Shown here in pieces: positions 8,811-19,567 of a stretch of DNA of 64,000 nt (within the stretch, counting starts at the first letter, position 1; the number at the start of each line of letters is the position of its first letter). Under the pieces are notes generated by a model. That model worked only from the letters and a program-made list of their open reading frames with translations. It made no database searches and was not told the DNA's origin. This DNA comes from a virus (taxonomy: Duplodnaviria; Caudoviricetes), in IMG/VR virus record IMGVR_UViG_2636416106_000010, positions 64,762 through 128,761 of that record; one strand, given 5' to 3'. The position numbers and the translations under genes are program-made.

Positions 8811-11800
8811 CTAGAATGATGTGGCATTAAAGACCTTAGCCTTTTTCCAATCATCGTTCTCAAATACAGAATCTTTAACAATGTTACTACTAGTAGGTAA
8901 TAACATTGCTCCTATTCCAGTTGGCCCATTTACATATTCGATACCATCAGCTGTTGGTAACTCTTTTTCAGTAAGTACCGTTTTTAATGGTTCTGAATAT
9001 AGGTAGTGCTCTTGTTCTTTTAGGTAGTAGTACCCCTTCTGAATTTCAGGATGCCAATTCTTACTTGGATCTTTTCCATTCAGAGTTCCTACTAAGAACT
9101 TCTTGCCATCGATATCTTGAACACTTGTTTCTACCCACAAGTCATTATCCTCAATAATGTATCCGATATTCTTGTAGATACTATCATATCTTTCGAAAGA
9201 TTGAGGAGTAGGAAGTTCCAGTTTAAAGTCTTCTGTTGGTGTACAAACCCCATCAAATACTTTTACTTCAGGTGAACGCCATACAATGTCTGTTCCCATT
9301 TTTTCAAAGTAAGTTGTATCTAAATGAACTTTTACGCTGTCTACTTCACGACGCTTATAAACAACAACGTATTCCTCTCCTGCTGCAGGCTCTAGTACTC
9401 CTGCTTGAGATGGAGACCAATCAATGTAGTTGCTCTTTAATTTGAAGTCACCTGTTTTTAAAGTGTCGTTCCAGATGTGATATGTTACACTTCCAGTCTT
9501 TTTCTTACAAGAAACAATCTCAATAACATCACTTAAAGGAAGGGGGTCCATTCCATTAGCATCTGCACCTCTGACCATTTCAGCTGTAAGAAGTTCAGAA
9601 GTTCTATATGTAACTTCAAGAGGAAGGTGTTTTCCATTCCAATCAATAGGAACAAAGGACTCATCAATTCTAACTCCATTTTTCTTATGAACAGAATCTT
9701 CAATAATAGAAATCTCATAAGGCATCGCATTTTCGAACTCGGCTTCAGGAGCTAGTGCAGGAAGAATGATATTTGGAGGAATGATGATTATACTTCCTAC
9801 TTTTAATTCTTCAATTGAATCATTAGCTACCTTCAGATCTTGTACGTGAATATCGTACTTAGTAGCAATGCTTTCCCAAGTATCACCCTCTATTACTACA
9901 TATTCACGATTGAAATCTGCAAGAGTTGAAAGGTTGAATTGTGTACGAACAAATTCACCGCGGATATCATTCGCATTAATTACACCAGTATAAATTTTTT
10001 CTTCTGATGCCCAATCTACATACCCTTTTGGAGGAGTGTTTGGAACCTTAATACTTATTGGTTCACTTGAGAAGTCTGTAACGTTTACACCATGATCTTT
10101 GTCATAGACTGAGTTATGACTAGATTTTTGCGTATAAACCGTACCGTTCTTAAACAATAGAGAAACCTCATTGTTTTTAGATATGTTTGGCATCGTGATA
10201 AGTTGGTCCTTCACTAATGTTCCATCCTCATTCAGAAGAATATCCTTATTGGTAGCTTTAATTGCAGTTACCGTTGTGTTATACATTTCAGCTACATCAT
10301 TCAATGTTTGCCCATTAACAACCTTATGTAATTCGTTTGGCCATCCATTTTGAATGTAATAACGATATTTAAGATTAGATAGTAAGAATGGTGTGAATGT
10401 AGAATCCAGTTCTCTTTCGTAAGGTCTTAAGTATTGAACCTTCCCTGCACCATATTGGTAATGCATAAGAACTCCTGTTTTTCCTCCAAACTCCAATTTC
10501 CTTTGAATAGCTTTTGCGATTACTTCATCGGATGCAGATGTAGATTTGCCCGTTCTAGATCCTTTACTTTCTTCTGATTTGAGGTAAATCATTACATCAG
10601 AAGGTCTTCTTGTTTGGTCTGTAAGCTCATACTTTTGTTGAGCAGAAGTAATTTGTTGCTGATTAAACGGAATTTGATTTGAGGTGCTTGGGTACTTAAA
10701 CGGATAATCACTAATCTTTTGAAGTGATTTTCTTCCTGTACTTAAACCATCTACTGCAGAAACATCTTTGTTGATTACATTGACTACTTCTTTGTATAAG
10801 ATGTTTTGGTAAATATCTATAAGGTCAACTACCGGTGTTCCTCTTACTGAAGAACGTGTCATTTCTACAGTTAGGAAATATGGTTGAGGAGAAAACTTCA
10901 TTGCTCGATCTTTTACATTCATCGGATTATCAATTACCTGAAGAAGATTTCGAGGGTCTTTTTGATTTGTTCTTGTTTTAGAGAAGACATACGATATCTT
11001 GGTATTACTCGTATCTTTTGGAGGAAACGCTTGTGTGTCCCAATTTAAAAGTGCTGTTGTCTTACTAAAGTCAAATTTAGTTCCTTCATTGATTGGGCCT
11101 AATGTCACACTATGATTTGTTACTCCGCGCTTTAATCGAAGACGTTTTGTATTTTGGCGATAAGGTGCTGTTATCGGGCCCCAGAATATATTGTCTCGAC
11201 TAGAAGAAGAACGAATATTCATTTCAGTACCAGTTGGCTGCTTTTGAACAAAACGTATCTTACTTGCATACTTGAATGTCTTACCAACACTTGTTGCTAC
11301 TTGCGTCATATCGATTTTAACAGTGTAATCACCATTTTGATCATACAACCCACTATCTTCTGAACGTAATTCAACCTTATCAATAATTGGAGAAGTAGCA
11401 TTATCCGAAGATAGTAAAATTATTTTTCCTTGAACATAACGAACGTTTTGATATAATGTTGTGCTCTGTCCTGTACATAAATAATCCTGTCCTTGAATAA
11501 ATGTTTTCGTTAAAGTAATCGGCTCCCATTGCGACCATGTAGTTTTATTAGCAGAGGTACGAATTTCAATATTGAAATCACTTGTTCTTAATTTACCTCC
11601 AACAATGATTGCATCTGCTGTCGTATCAAGTGCTTTGATAACTACTTTATAATCACCAAAACCGTAAGAATCAAAAACGATTTTATCTACTTTATTTGGA
11701 TTTGTTAGGGATAATGTATTGATTGACTTTGTTTGTTTCTCTACCCATTGGTATGTTTCTGATACTAATTCTTCTTTGTACAACTTCGCTTCGATGTTCT

Positions 11801-12110
11801 GAGTACCCACGTTTTGAAGTCGTACATGAACTTCCAAATTGTCACCTGTAGCCAAGAATTCCACTGGTGTATTAGCAGTTCTTGTTTTAATATCAGTCCC
11901 CGATACTGTCCATTTGGTTGCATCGGTTCTTGTAAATTCTCTGCTTGTTGCTGCGTAAAAAGTAGAAGGTAATTGTGCTTGGATTTTTGCATCAATATGA
12001 TAGCTAAAAGGTTCTTGAGCATCAAATTCTTCTGTTAGATAATCTCCATAAAATGCTTTTAGTCGTCCATATAATGAACTAGAATAAAAGTTTCTTTGGT
12101 ACTGTGCCAA
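8811..12110 (-). CDS. LysM-domain baseplate/tail protein
   Basis: 1099 aa, TTG start with AAGGTGGTG RBS. Two LysM motifs: HKVVNGQTLNDVAEMYNTTVTAIKATN and YVVIEGDTWESIATKYDIHVQDLKVAN...LKVGSIIIIP. Confidence 0.8.
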   Translation of the reverse strand: MAQYQRNFYSSSLYGRLKAFYGDYLTEEFDAQEPFSYHIDAKIQAQLPSTFYAATSREFTRTDATKWTVSGTDIKTRTANTPVEFLATGDNLEVHVRLQNVGTQNIEAKLYKEELVSETYQWVEKQTKSINTLSLTNPNKVDKIVFDSYGFGDYKVVIKALDTTADAIIVGGKLRTSDFNIEIRTSANKTTWSQWEPITLTKTFIQGQDYLCTGQSTTLYQNVRYVQGKIILLSSDNATSPIIDKVELRSEDSGLYDQNGDYTVKIDMTQVATSVGKTFKYASKIRFVQKQPTGTEMNIRSSSSRDNIFWGPITAPYRQNTKRLRLKRGVTNHSVTLGPINEGTKFDFSKTTALLNWDTQAFPPKDTSNTKISYVFSKTRTNQKDPRNLLQVIDNPMNVKDRAMKFSPQPYFLTVEMTRSSVRGTPVVDLIDIYQNILYKEVVNVINKDVSAVDGLSTGRKSLQKISDYPFKYPSTSNQIPFNQQQITSAQQKYELTDQTRRPSDVMIYLKSEESKGSRTGKSTSASDEVIAKAIQRKLEFGGKTGVLMHYQYGAGKVQYLRPYERELDSTFTPFLLSNLKYRYYIQNGWPNELHKVVNGQTLNDVAEMYNTTVTAIKATNKDILLNEDGTLVKDQLITMPNISKNNEVSLLFKNGTVYTQKSSHNSVYDKDHGVNVTDFSSEPISIKVPNTPPKGYVDWASEEKIYTGVINANDIRGEFVRTQFNLSTLADFNREYVVIEGDTWESIATKYDIHVQDLKVANDSIEELKVGSIIIIPPNIILPALAPEAEFENAMPYEISIIEDSVHKKNGVRIDESFVPIDWNGKHLPLEVTYRTSELLTAEMVRGADANGMDPLPLSDVIEIVSCKKKTGSVTYHIWNDTLKTGDFKLKSNYIDWSPSQAGVLEPAAGEEYVVVYKRREVDSVKVHLDTTYFEKMGTDIVWRSPEVKVFDGVCTPTEDFKLELPTPQSFERYDSIYKNIGYIIEDNDLWVETSVQDIDGKKFLVGTLNGKDPSKNWHPEIQKGYYYLKEQEHYLYSEPLKTVLTEKELPTADGIEYVNGPTGIGAMLLPTSSNIVKDSVFENDDWKKAKVFNATSF

Positions 12111-12126
12111 TCTGTGTCACCACCTT

Positions 12127-12157
12127 AAAAAAATAAGGGGGAGATTGCTCTCTCCCT
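12127..12157 (-). terminator. Intrinsic terminator
   Basis: Minus strand AGGGAGAGA-GCAA-TCTCCCCCT-TATTTTTTT. Confidence 0.7.
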
Positions 12158-14339
12158 ATCGATATTTAACGTAAAATTGGAACGTGTAAGCATCAAAACG
12201 CATGTAAGAGTATGGGCCATACTCCGCCTCAGGATGATAGAATGCAATTCCTTTAATCCATCCGTCACGTAATCCCTCACCAAACGATTTATTAAGAGAG
12301 ATCCAGTGAGACTCTCCTCGGTTGAAATCTATTCTTTCTATCTTTTGATGATTAAATAGATATGGTCCATCTTTTGCTGAAGGGAGGTCCCATTTACCTC
12401 CATAGTTGTGAGCCCACACATGAAGAAAACGACCATCATTCTTATACCCATGTCCGGTATTTCTTCTGCGAATATAAAACTGAACATCTAAGATTTCTTT
12501 CCCCTGTAATTTTTGTCTCCAGTCATTATGATCAAGGAAGAATAAACATTTGTTGTTACCCCATCTTGTTCCCTTTTTAACATCAAGGCCGTCCTGATTT
12601 TTGGCTTCAAGCTCTATCCATTCTCCATGAAATACTTCTCGATCATCGTACTCGTTGCGCCATTCAGATGGATTTCTTATAATTCTGCCATTCTGCATTA
12701 AAATGACATAATTTGTACGCCATGTTCTGCTTCCTGCACCCTTTTGGTACTTCTCAATAATTGGTCTTGGTTGTGTTTTACCACTAACAGTAGCCCAAGG
12801 TGATGCGCCCGCTCGGTTTACAGCTCTTACTTTTTGAACATATGTTGTATCTGGATTTAACCATACATGAGGTGAGTCCAAAGTGTTTGTTCTTTGTATA
12901 GATGGGTTTGGCCACCACGTAGGTAAATATTCATAATACTCAGCGGTAGGAACAGCATCCCAAATGAAATTCAGTTCATGTTGTGAAGACCACGCCATAC
13001 GAGGTTTTGGAGCTGCGGGAGGTTTTAGTGGATCAATTTTTATATAATCCAAGATCCAAAACCAATCGCTTACATTCCCATTTATATCAAATACACGAAC
13101 AGCATAATGATAAACACCATCTACATTGCCTGTTACATTATGAACATAAGCTGTATTTGGACCGTTGTAAATGTCGTAGTAATACTGGGTTATCCACTGA
13201 TTTGATAAATCGTATTGTTGAACACGTAGGTTATAACTTGCTACACCAAGGGGAACATTGTCCACTTTGTAGGGTTTGTAGTAAGGCACTGACTGTTCTT
13301 TTCTTTTGTCTACTGCAGAAACTCGTAAAACATAACGCGTTTCTTTTGAGGAAGAAAGATGTACAAAATTAATATGATCCATTGGAATATTGATTTTTCT
13401 TCCAAATGATTCTACATCTTCTACTCGATAAAATAATGTATGAGTACAAGTCTTGTCAGTGAAACCAACCTCTAGCTCAACCTTGTAATACGAAACATCT
13501 TCTGATAGCTCATTTAAAAAGTTAACCGTACATGTACCTGGTTTAAGATCTGAGGGCTGCCAATTAACATCAACAGATAAGTCCTCTTTACCATTGTTGT
13601 ACGCCCTTCCACTTTTTACATAAAGCTTTTCAAAGCCACCAAATGTTAAGTACACATTACTTGGTTCTTTTGGTGGGATTCTAATAAGACGGTCAAAGAT
13701 TGTATATATCTTGTGAATATCTTGAGCACCTAGACCATCTTCAATAAGTCTTTGAATTTCATCTCGATATGTATCTTCTTTTTTTGCAATTAACCACAGG
13801 ATACTTTCGAGGTTTTCAAAATCGGTACGGCTAGGAACCGTTTCACGAGTAAATAAAGCCAAAGCTTTTTCTAACGCATCATTTTCTTCTATAGAATCTA
13901 CTACGTAATCATCTACTACTGAGGCAGCGTTTTCTCTAATTTCCTCAAAGTATTTACGAGTCCCGATGTACTCATATGCTTCTGGTCCATCTGGCCATAC
14001 AAGTCCATCCTGTAAAAATACAGGTCCAAATTTAAATCTTTTTCTTCCACTATAAGCAGTAGAGTCGTTAGCAGCTGTTACTTTTACTTCCCATTCATAA
14101 GTTTGCTCTAGGTCAAGAACACCCTGATGAGAAGTTATATCTACTTGAGTATCTGTTCCTGAATGGAAGGTAACAAGGGCTGTGTTAGAGCCCGTTTTAT
14201 ATACCTTTACTTCTGCATCTTTCTGATAATCATTAGAGTTTTCTTTAATGAATGTCCATGAAAAAATGAGTGAGGAAGGAACGTCTGGAGAAACGATGGA
14301 GTTAAAATTAGGAGATAACCCTTCTGGTCGTTTTGCCAT
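12156..14339 (-). CDS. Fibronectin type III domain tail/receptor-binding protein
   Basis: 727 aa with FN3 signatures (YHYAVRVFDINGNVSDW; LNFIWDAVPTAEYY...LNPDTTYVQKVRAVNRAGASPW) and an aromatic-rich C-terminal beta-sandwich. Confidence 0.7.
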   Translation of the reverse strand: MAKRPEGLSPNFNSIVSPDVPSSLIFSWTFIKENSNDYQKDAEVKVYKTGSNTALVTFHSGTDTQVDITSHQGVLDLEQTYEWEVKVTAANDSTAYSGRKRFKFGPVFLQDGLVWPDGPEAYEYIGTRKYFEEIRENAASVVDDYVVDSIEENDALEKALALFTRETVPSRTDFENLESILWLIAKKEDTYRDEIQRLIEDGLGAQDIHKIYTIFDRLIRIPPKEPSNVYLTFGGFEKLYVKSGRAYNNGKEDLSVDVNWQPSDLKPGTCTVNFLNELSEDVSYYKVELEVGFTDKTCTHTLFYRVEDVESFGRKINIPMDHINFVHLSSSKETRYVLRVSAVDKRKEQSVPYYKPYKVDNVPLGVASYNLRVQQYDLSNQWITQYYYDIYNGPNTAYVHNVTGNVDGVYHYAVRVFDINGNVSDWFWILDYIKIDPLKPPAAPKPRMAWSSQHELNFIWDAVPTAEYYEYLPTWWPNPSIQRTNTLDSPHVWLNPDTTYVQKVRAVNRAGASPWATVSGKTQPRPIIEKYQKGAGSRTWRTNYVILMQNGRIIRNPSEWRNEYDDREVFHGEWIELEAKNQDGLDVKKGTRWGNNKCLFFLDHNDWRQKLQGKEILDVQFYIRRRNTGHGYKNDGRFLHVWAHNYGGKWDLPSAKDGPYLFNHQKIERIDFNRGESHWISLNKSFGEGLRDGWIKGIAFYHPEAEYGPYSYMRFDAYTFQFYVKYR

Positions 14340-14356
14340 TTATATAACATCCTTTC

Positions 14357-15472
14357 TTAGCGATCAAATACCGCTGGGTGAACTGGTTCAACAATCGCAT
14401 AATCGAAACGAACTTTTACAGAAGAAGTTGTAGCTAGTTTTCGAACACGTAATTTTGTAGAACCATCATGATTGAAGATCAAGTAGAATGTTTTATATTG
14501 TCCACTTGTATCGAAGTCTGTTCCGTTTAAAGTAGTTTTGTTAATAACTTGGTTTGTCTTTGAGTTAACTGCAGAAACCTCAACAACCGCATTAGAAGGA
14601 AGACTACTTGCTGATAATCTTACAACCGCAACATAACGACCGTAATGCATTCCATCTAATGGTGCATTTAGCAGGTCTGAAGCAGCAGTAGCACCACTCT
14701 CGATTGCTTTGTTTAATAATGTTTTTGAATCAGCAACTGCAGTGTTGCCAGTTGAAGATGCATCATTTGAATCGAACTCTCTTGTCCATCGAGTGTTTGT
14801 CTTCCCTAATACCTTTAGCTCTGCATTTTGTGCGATTGTTCCACCTGTTGTTTCAGAAATCTTGTCGTTAATCGCATCAGCTACTTTTGTATTTGAAGTT
14901 GATTCTACATAGATATCTGAACCGGTGATTCCTGTAGCAGTCTTTGTTAAATCAACGTTTGCCTTTGGAAGTTTACCTTGTACTTCTTGTGTAAGCATAA
15001 TCTTCTCCGGCATACCAGGAATCCCCGAAGTACTACCTAAGTGACGGTGTTGTTGAATTGTAGGATTTGTAGTCTTATCCTTATCGAAAGCCCATGTAGG
15101 TCCACCGTATCGCTTATCGAATTCAGCATACCAATCATGAGTCTCAAGTGCATCTATACGAGACTTAACGGTAGAAGTTCGTTTAAGGTTTAGTAGCACG
15201 TTTGGGTCTGTAATAGGTTTTCCGTTTACATCCTTTGGTGCAGCTGGCATTTGAGCTAATTCTCCTAGCATACGTTGTACTGCCATTACAGCATCCTGTA
15301 GCGAGTTTACATGTTCAGCCATGTTGTAATCTTTAAGGTTTGTCCATCGAAGCAAGTTGGGATTTGACTTAGAACCACTACGCTCATCGAATAATTCAGG
15401 GAAACGAGTAAGAACTAAGTCGGGATAAATATTATTCCCAACTGCATTTTGTACTGATCCAGTTTCAGCCAT
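14357..15472 (-). CDS. Tail fibre-like protein with a C-terminal CBM-like domain
   Basis: 371 aa. N-terminal DYNMAEHVNSLQDAVMAVQRMLG helix, HRH motif, C-terminal GRYVAVVRL...VRFDYAIV jelly-roll pattern. Confidence 0.6.
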   Translation of the reverse strand: MAETGSVQNAVGNNIYPDLVLTRFPELFDERSGSKSNPNLLRWTNLKDYNMAEHVNSLQDAVMAVQRMLGELAQMPAAPKDVNGKPITDPNVLLNLKRTSTVKSRIDALETHDWYAEFDKRYGGPTWAFDKDKTTNPTIQQHRHLGSTSGIPGMPEKIMLTQEVQGKLPKANVDLTKTATGITGSDIYVESTSNTKVADAINDKISETTGGTIAQNAELKVLGKTNTRWTREFDSNDASSTGNTAVADSKTLLNKAIESGATAASDLLNAPLDGMHYGRYVAVVRLSASSLPSNAVVEVSAVNSKTNQVINKTTLNGTDFDTSGQYKTFYLIFNHDGSTKLRVRKLATTSSVKVRFDYAIVEPVHPAVFDR

Positions 15473-15489
15473 TATTTATCCACTCCTTG

Positions 15490-17082
15490 TTATTTTGGTA
15501 GGTTAAGAGATAAAGAACCTTCTCGGTTAACTCTTACGGATATACCTTGTGATCCTCTTAAAAATGAACCCTCTGTATCTATTACTGCAGAGAATGAACC
15601 CCTACCAAGAGTTACAGAGCCGTTACCAACTTCTACATCGGCTAACGTTGTTTGGGTCATTGTATTGTTTAGAGTAAAGTCCTCATCAGTTGTTAATTTG
15701 TAAGACTGCGGTGCGTCACTCTGATCGATCCAGTCCACTATAAGCTCTTCTAAAACAGGTGTCACTGTTCTATCAGCAGTTTTCATTTCTACATGGACTT
15801 TAATTTGTGGCTCTTCATTATTGTGAAGGATATCTTCTCCTGTAACAATTTCCATACCAGGAGATGTGTTGTCGCTAAAAGTATAACCGTAACGATTATC
15901 CCAAGTGATATGAGTTTGATATAGGAATTCACGTAAAGCTACTAATACGTAATGAAGTGGAATAATTTCAGAAGCCATTACTGTATATTTGTAATCCTCT
16001 AAATCATACTCATCATTTGGTATTTTCCCTTTTGCAACTATCTTGTACTTAAATTGAATTTCTGGGTGATTCTCTTCAATTTGTTCCTCTGTACCATGTA
16101 GCCCAACATAGGCTTTGAATTCGCGAACAGAAGACTCTTCTTTTGGAGCAGTTACTAGTAAGTCATCACCGCTACCAATTCCTGATTGAACTTCGTTATC
16201 CTTCCATGAAGCAGAGAAACCGTCCCAGATATGAGGCAGGTAATGAAACCCCATATTGTTTTCTTCAATGCTGCGCCAATAAGCTTCTCCCCAGTTCATA
16301 TGATCCCAAGAGAAACCTAGATTACTATTAATCTGATTTACGTATTGGATATATGTTTGAGAAGGTGTCCCATCTGTATTCATAAGTTTTGTTTGAACAT
16401 ACTTATCATCAGATAGCGAGCCTAATTCAACTTGAGATTTATCAATGCCAAGTTCTCTACTAATACCATTAATAAGCCCTTTCTTTGTTGCTCCACCAGG
16501 ATTCTTAAAAACATCTAAGATACGATTCTTGAAAGCTTCGTTTCTTTCGCCCGGTAATCTAGAAATGCCTAGCAACATACCAAACTCATCAAATACGTTC
16601 CAGATATGATGAAGCATATATTCATAATGAAGGGTATCCCCTACTTCAATTGCATCGAATGGTTTAAAGATATTATCTTGCATGTAGTAATCCGTTACTT
16701 TGATATATACATAACCTTCAATGGTATCAATCATGTAGGCGTTGTCGTCACTCTCAAAAAATAGTCGTAAACTATCCATTGGCATACAGTCTCTTCGCAC
16801 ACCATCAATAACTAAACGAACGTGACGATTTGGTGTTTCAACATCTACAACGTCACGAGTAGCAAGCGGAATCTTATAACAGTAATCTGCTGTTTGTAAG
16901 TTTGCTGTACCGATATACATGTTGTTCCAAGCTTGCTCTATGTAACGTTCAATGTCTGATAGTTCAACACCAAATGCATCTAAAAATAGTGCCCCTACAG
17001 ATTTCTCGTCTTTGGCCATCTTCATCCATTGCGGAAGCATGGACATCATACTTGTTGTATGTTTGTTTAACAATGGTGTCAC
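15490..17082 (-). CDS. Baseplate wedge protein
   Basis: 530 aa. FDEFGMLLGISRLPGERNEAFKNRI matches the wedge-type LDxxGxxxGxxR...E.D..YR.RI pattern. Follows a baseplate J-like gene. Confidence 0.65.
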   Translation of the reverse strand: MTPLLNKHTTSMMSMLPQWMKMAKDEKSVGALFLDAFGVELSDIERYIEQAWNNMYIGTANLQTADYCYKIPLATRDVVDVETPNRHVRLVIDGVRRDCMPMDSLRLFFESDDNAYMIDTIEGYVYIKVTDYYMQDNIFKPFDAIEVGDTLHYEYMLHHIWNVFDEFGMLLGISRLPGERNEAFKNRILDVFKNPGGATKKGLINGISRELGIDKSQVELGSLSDDKYVQTKLMNTDGTPSQTYIQYVNQINSNLGFSWDHMNWGEAYWRSIEENNMGFHYLPHIWDGFSASWKDNEVQSGIGSGDDLLVTAPKEESSVREFKAYVGLHGTEEQIEENHPEIQFKYKIVAKGKIPNDEYDLEDYKYTVMASEIIPLHYVLVALREFLYQTHITWDNRYGYTFSDNTSPGMEIVTGEDILHNNEEPQIKVHVEMKTADRTVTPVLEELIVDWIDQSDAPQSYKLTTDEDFTLNNTMTQTTLADVEVGNGSVTLGRGSFSAVIDTEGSFLRGSQGISVRVNREGSLSLNLPK

Positions 17083-17089
17083 CTGCTTT

Positions 17090-17890
17090 CTAAGCTACAT
17101 TAATTTTTCTTAAGAAGTATCGTTCTTCTAATGAAGGCTCAACATTCTTAATGAAATATTCTTTTTCACCAACAACAAGTTTTTTAAATTCCATATCAAG
17201 AATTTGTTCGCTTGTTTCCATTACGCGCTGAATAATTTCATTGATAATAATTGGAGAACCCATGTTTAATTGTTTCATGTACGCTCCGACATTTTGAACG
17301 ACTTTGTTACGGATGTGTTGTCTTTCAAGAGAAGTTGTTTTAGAGTGGAAAATTAAGTTGAGGGTGATATCCACGGGGTTGTACTCACTTGTTTTTACTT
17401 CTACATTCATACCATAAGCAGCCACTTCATCTATAACGCTTTCTACACGAGTTAGTAGATCGTTTTCAATTGGGTAAACTTGAGGAGTAACATAGCAAGT
17501 AAACGAGCCTGTACCTCTTGTAAATCTTTTGAATTGAGCATCTGCAACGCCATCAATTCTCAGTGTTTTTAAACGGATAGCAATTAGATTTGCATTCTGT
17601 TCAACAGATACCTGATTGGAGATTCTTGCACGATAGTTGTCGTCAGATTCATCTCCATCACGAGTACAGTTTAACAGTTCACCAATAAGGTCTAAGTATC
17701 CACCTGTTGATGTTGAAATAAAGCCCATTTGAATAATTAATTCTAATTCATCGTAGAAGGGACTAAACTCTTCTATCATTACTTCTGAAAACATACGAGC
17801 AATGGAACCTGGACTTGTTTCAGTAATTCCACCTTCAGTTCGAAGTCGAGTCAAAACCGCTTCGAGCATTTCATCTTTTGATTTTCTCAT
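17090..17890 (-). CDS. Baseplate J-like wedge protein (short form)
   Basis: 266 aa with PGSIARMFSE, STGGYLDLIGELLNCTR, ESDDNYRARI and IDGVADA motifs. Confidence 0.8.
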   Translation of the reverse strand: MRKSKDEMLEAVLTRLRTEGGITETSPGSIARMFSEVMIEEFSPFYDELELIIQMGFISTSTGGYLDLIGELLNCTRDGDESDDNYRARISNQVSVEQNANLIAIRLKTLRIDGVADAQFKRFTRGTGSFTCYVTPQVYPIENDLLTRVESVIDEVAAYGMNVEVKTSEYNPVDITLNLIFHSKTTSLERQHIRNKVVQNVGAYMKQLNMGSPIIINEIIQRVMETSEQILDMEFKKLVVGEKEYFIKNVEPSLEERYFLRKINVA

Positions 17891-18378
17891 TAACTGTTCA
17901 CCTCATATTCTGATAACAAACCATGTTCTAAATTGAATAGAACTGGTAAAACTAGATCCGTTGCTTTTCTTCTAACAGTTATATAGAAAAGTATTTCGCT
18001 AGAACTAACAGGAACTGGTCTAACACTTAAGTCACTAGGTGGTATGAACTTGTCACTAGTTAAACTTTTCTCAATTAGGGATTTTCCTAATTCTCCTGTC
18101 TCCCTTGTATTAGGAAGACCAATTAATTCAGATAAGTCTGCTCCTATATCTTGATGTATAAACCAATCTGGATTGTCTGTTCTTAATCGATTGAGTATTA
18201 CCTGCTTCTCACTCAAATAGGATACTTGAAGCGGGATATCTCTTACTAATAATCCTTCTGAACTATCTGTTGAGATATTTCCAACCGAATCGATATAGAG
18301 TAATTCATCAAAGTCGTTGTAACTAGGAGAACCAAGCTCTAAATCTCCTTCCGGTGTAAAACGAAAATCGACTTTCAT
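17890..18378 (-). CDS. gp25/GPW-like baseplate wedge (sheath initiator)
   Basis: 162 aa. RLRTDNPDWFIHQDIGADLSELIG matches gp25-family L.T..G....HP.+G..L. Directly precedes the J-like gene. Confidence 0.75.
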   Translation of the reverse strand: MKVDFRFTPEGDLELGSPSYNDFDELLYIDSVGNISTDSSEGLLVRDIPLQVSYLSEKQVILNRLRTDNPDWFIHQDIGADLSELIGLPNTRETGELGKSLIEKSLTSDKFIPPSDLSVRPVPVSSSEILFYITVRRKATDLVLPVLFNLEHGLLSEYEVNS

Positions 18379-18381
18379 TTG

Positions 18382-18951
18382 TTATCCTCCTCTCTTTATT
18401 CTTGAAGTTTCTATTCCTAGATCCTCAATCATAGATGTAACTTTTTCATCGTAATAGTGCTTTCTCTTTTGTTCTTGGAATAAAGGAACATTAATATTAT
18501 TCGGTCCATCTTGCAACATAGAAACCATTGAAGCTTTTGGAATATGTCTCTTTTCCCCTACCTTGTCGCCATAATACAGATAAGGATTTAGGTTATGATT
18601 ATTCCAAATGAATCCGTATGGTTTTGTATGCATCCTCATTTCCTTTGTAGCAAAATGAATACTGTCACCATAAAAGATGATTCCATTATCTTTAGCATCC
18701 AATCGAATACCTGTGTCTTCATTCACAAACATTTCAATTGAACCATCATCGCAGAGTTTAAAGGTTGAACCTGTAACTGGATGTTTAAGTGCAATTTCAT
18801 CTTCACTAATAAATTGCCAGTTCTCTAATTCTTTTTCCAAACTCTTAGTTTTAAAATTAACGAGTTCCTCTTGTAATACTTGTCGCCAATAAGGATAATG
18901 AATATCTTTATCTCCATCACCATATGTCTTATTTACATATGCTTCATTCAT
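18382..18951 (-). CDS. Baseplate spike-associated protein (putative)
   Basis: 189 aa with short beta-repeat-like segments (GSTFKLCDDGSIEM...GIRLDAKD). Position between the spike OB-fold gene and gp25. Confidence 0.45.
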   Translation of the reverse strand: MNEAYVNKTYGDGDKDIHYPYWRQVLQEELVNFKTKSLEKELENWQFISEDEIALKHPVTGSTFKLCDDGSIEMFVNEDTGIRLDAKDNGIIFYGDSIHFATKEMRMHTKPYGFIWNNHNLNPYLYYGDKVGEKRHIPKASMVSMLQDGPNNINVPLFQEQKRKHYYDEKVTSMIEDLGIETSRIKRGG

Positions 18952-18965
18952 TGGAATCCTCCTTT

Positions 18966-19331
18966 CTAAAAAATACGAGATTGACGAATTGTTCTTCCAC
19001 CATAGGGACTTAGATAATTTTCATCACTATGATTTGCTTTGTACACTGTAGATATATAAGGTGACTCTTTTGACTTGTTTTTAAAAGAGATAGACACCCT
19101 GTCACCATTTTTAACAGCTTGTGTAAATACACCATCCCCATCTTTAGGTAAAGATACGTTTTTCATTGTTCGTAAAGCATGACTGTTTTCATCGGAGTAG
19201 ACTACTTCACATGTTAGTTTCGTATAATCCACTTGGATCACATAGCCTTCGATTGTTCCTTGTAATCTATTTAAAGACGGTACAACTACTTTACTGTAAA
19301 TAGATTGATGAATTGGACTGTTGAAATTCAT
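18966..19331 (-). CDS. Baseplate spike OB-fold protein (gpV/gp5 N-terminal-like)
   Basis: 121 aa. EGYVIQVD...CEV...NVSLP...VKNGDRVSISF...PYI is the OB-fold pattern of spike proteins. Confidence 0.65.
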   Translation of the reverse strand: MNFNSPIHQSIYSKVVVPSLNRLQGTIEGYVIQVDYTKLTCEVVYSDENSHALRTMKNVSLPKDGDGVFTQAVKNGDRVSISFKNKSKESPYISTVYKANHSDENYLSPYGGRTIRQSRIF

Positions 19332-19567
19332 CGAATCACCTTCTCTTTAATTCTTTCTTGAGTTAAGAAATCGTCTGTCATAGGTTTAGTGATTAATTCT
19401 TGCATATGCTCATAGGCTACAAGAAATTGATATGGTCCTTTGATTTTCCCATCCTCTTTATGATAGAAAAATAACTCGCCATGATCCTCACTTATACCAA
19501 TGAATAAAGTTCCATATTCAATGCATGTTGTACCTTTATGCTGTTCTAAATACTCTTTAATTGTCAT
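19328..19567 (-). CDS. Hypothetical protein (likely start MTIKEY at 19567)
   Basis: ATGA stop/start coupling with both neighbours. Confidence 0.55.
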   Translation of the reverse strand: MTIKEYLEQHKGTTCIEYGTLFIGISEDHGELFFYHKEDGKIKGPYQFLVAYEHMQELITKPMTDDFLTQERIKEKVIR

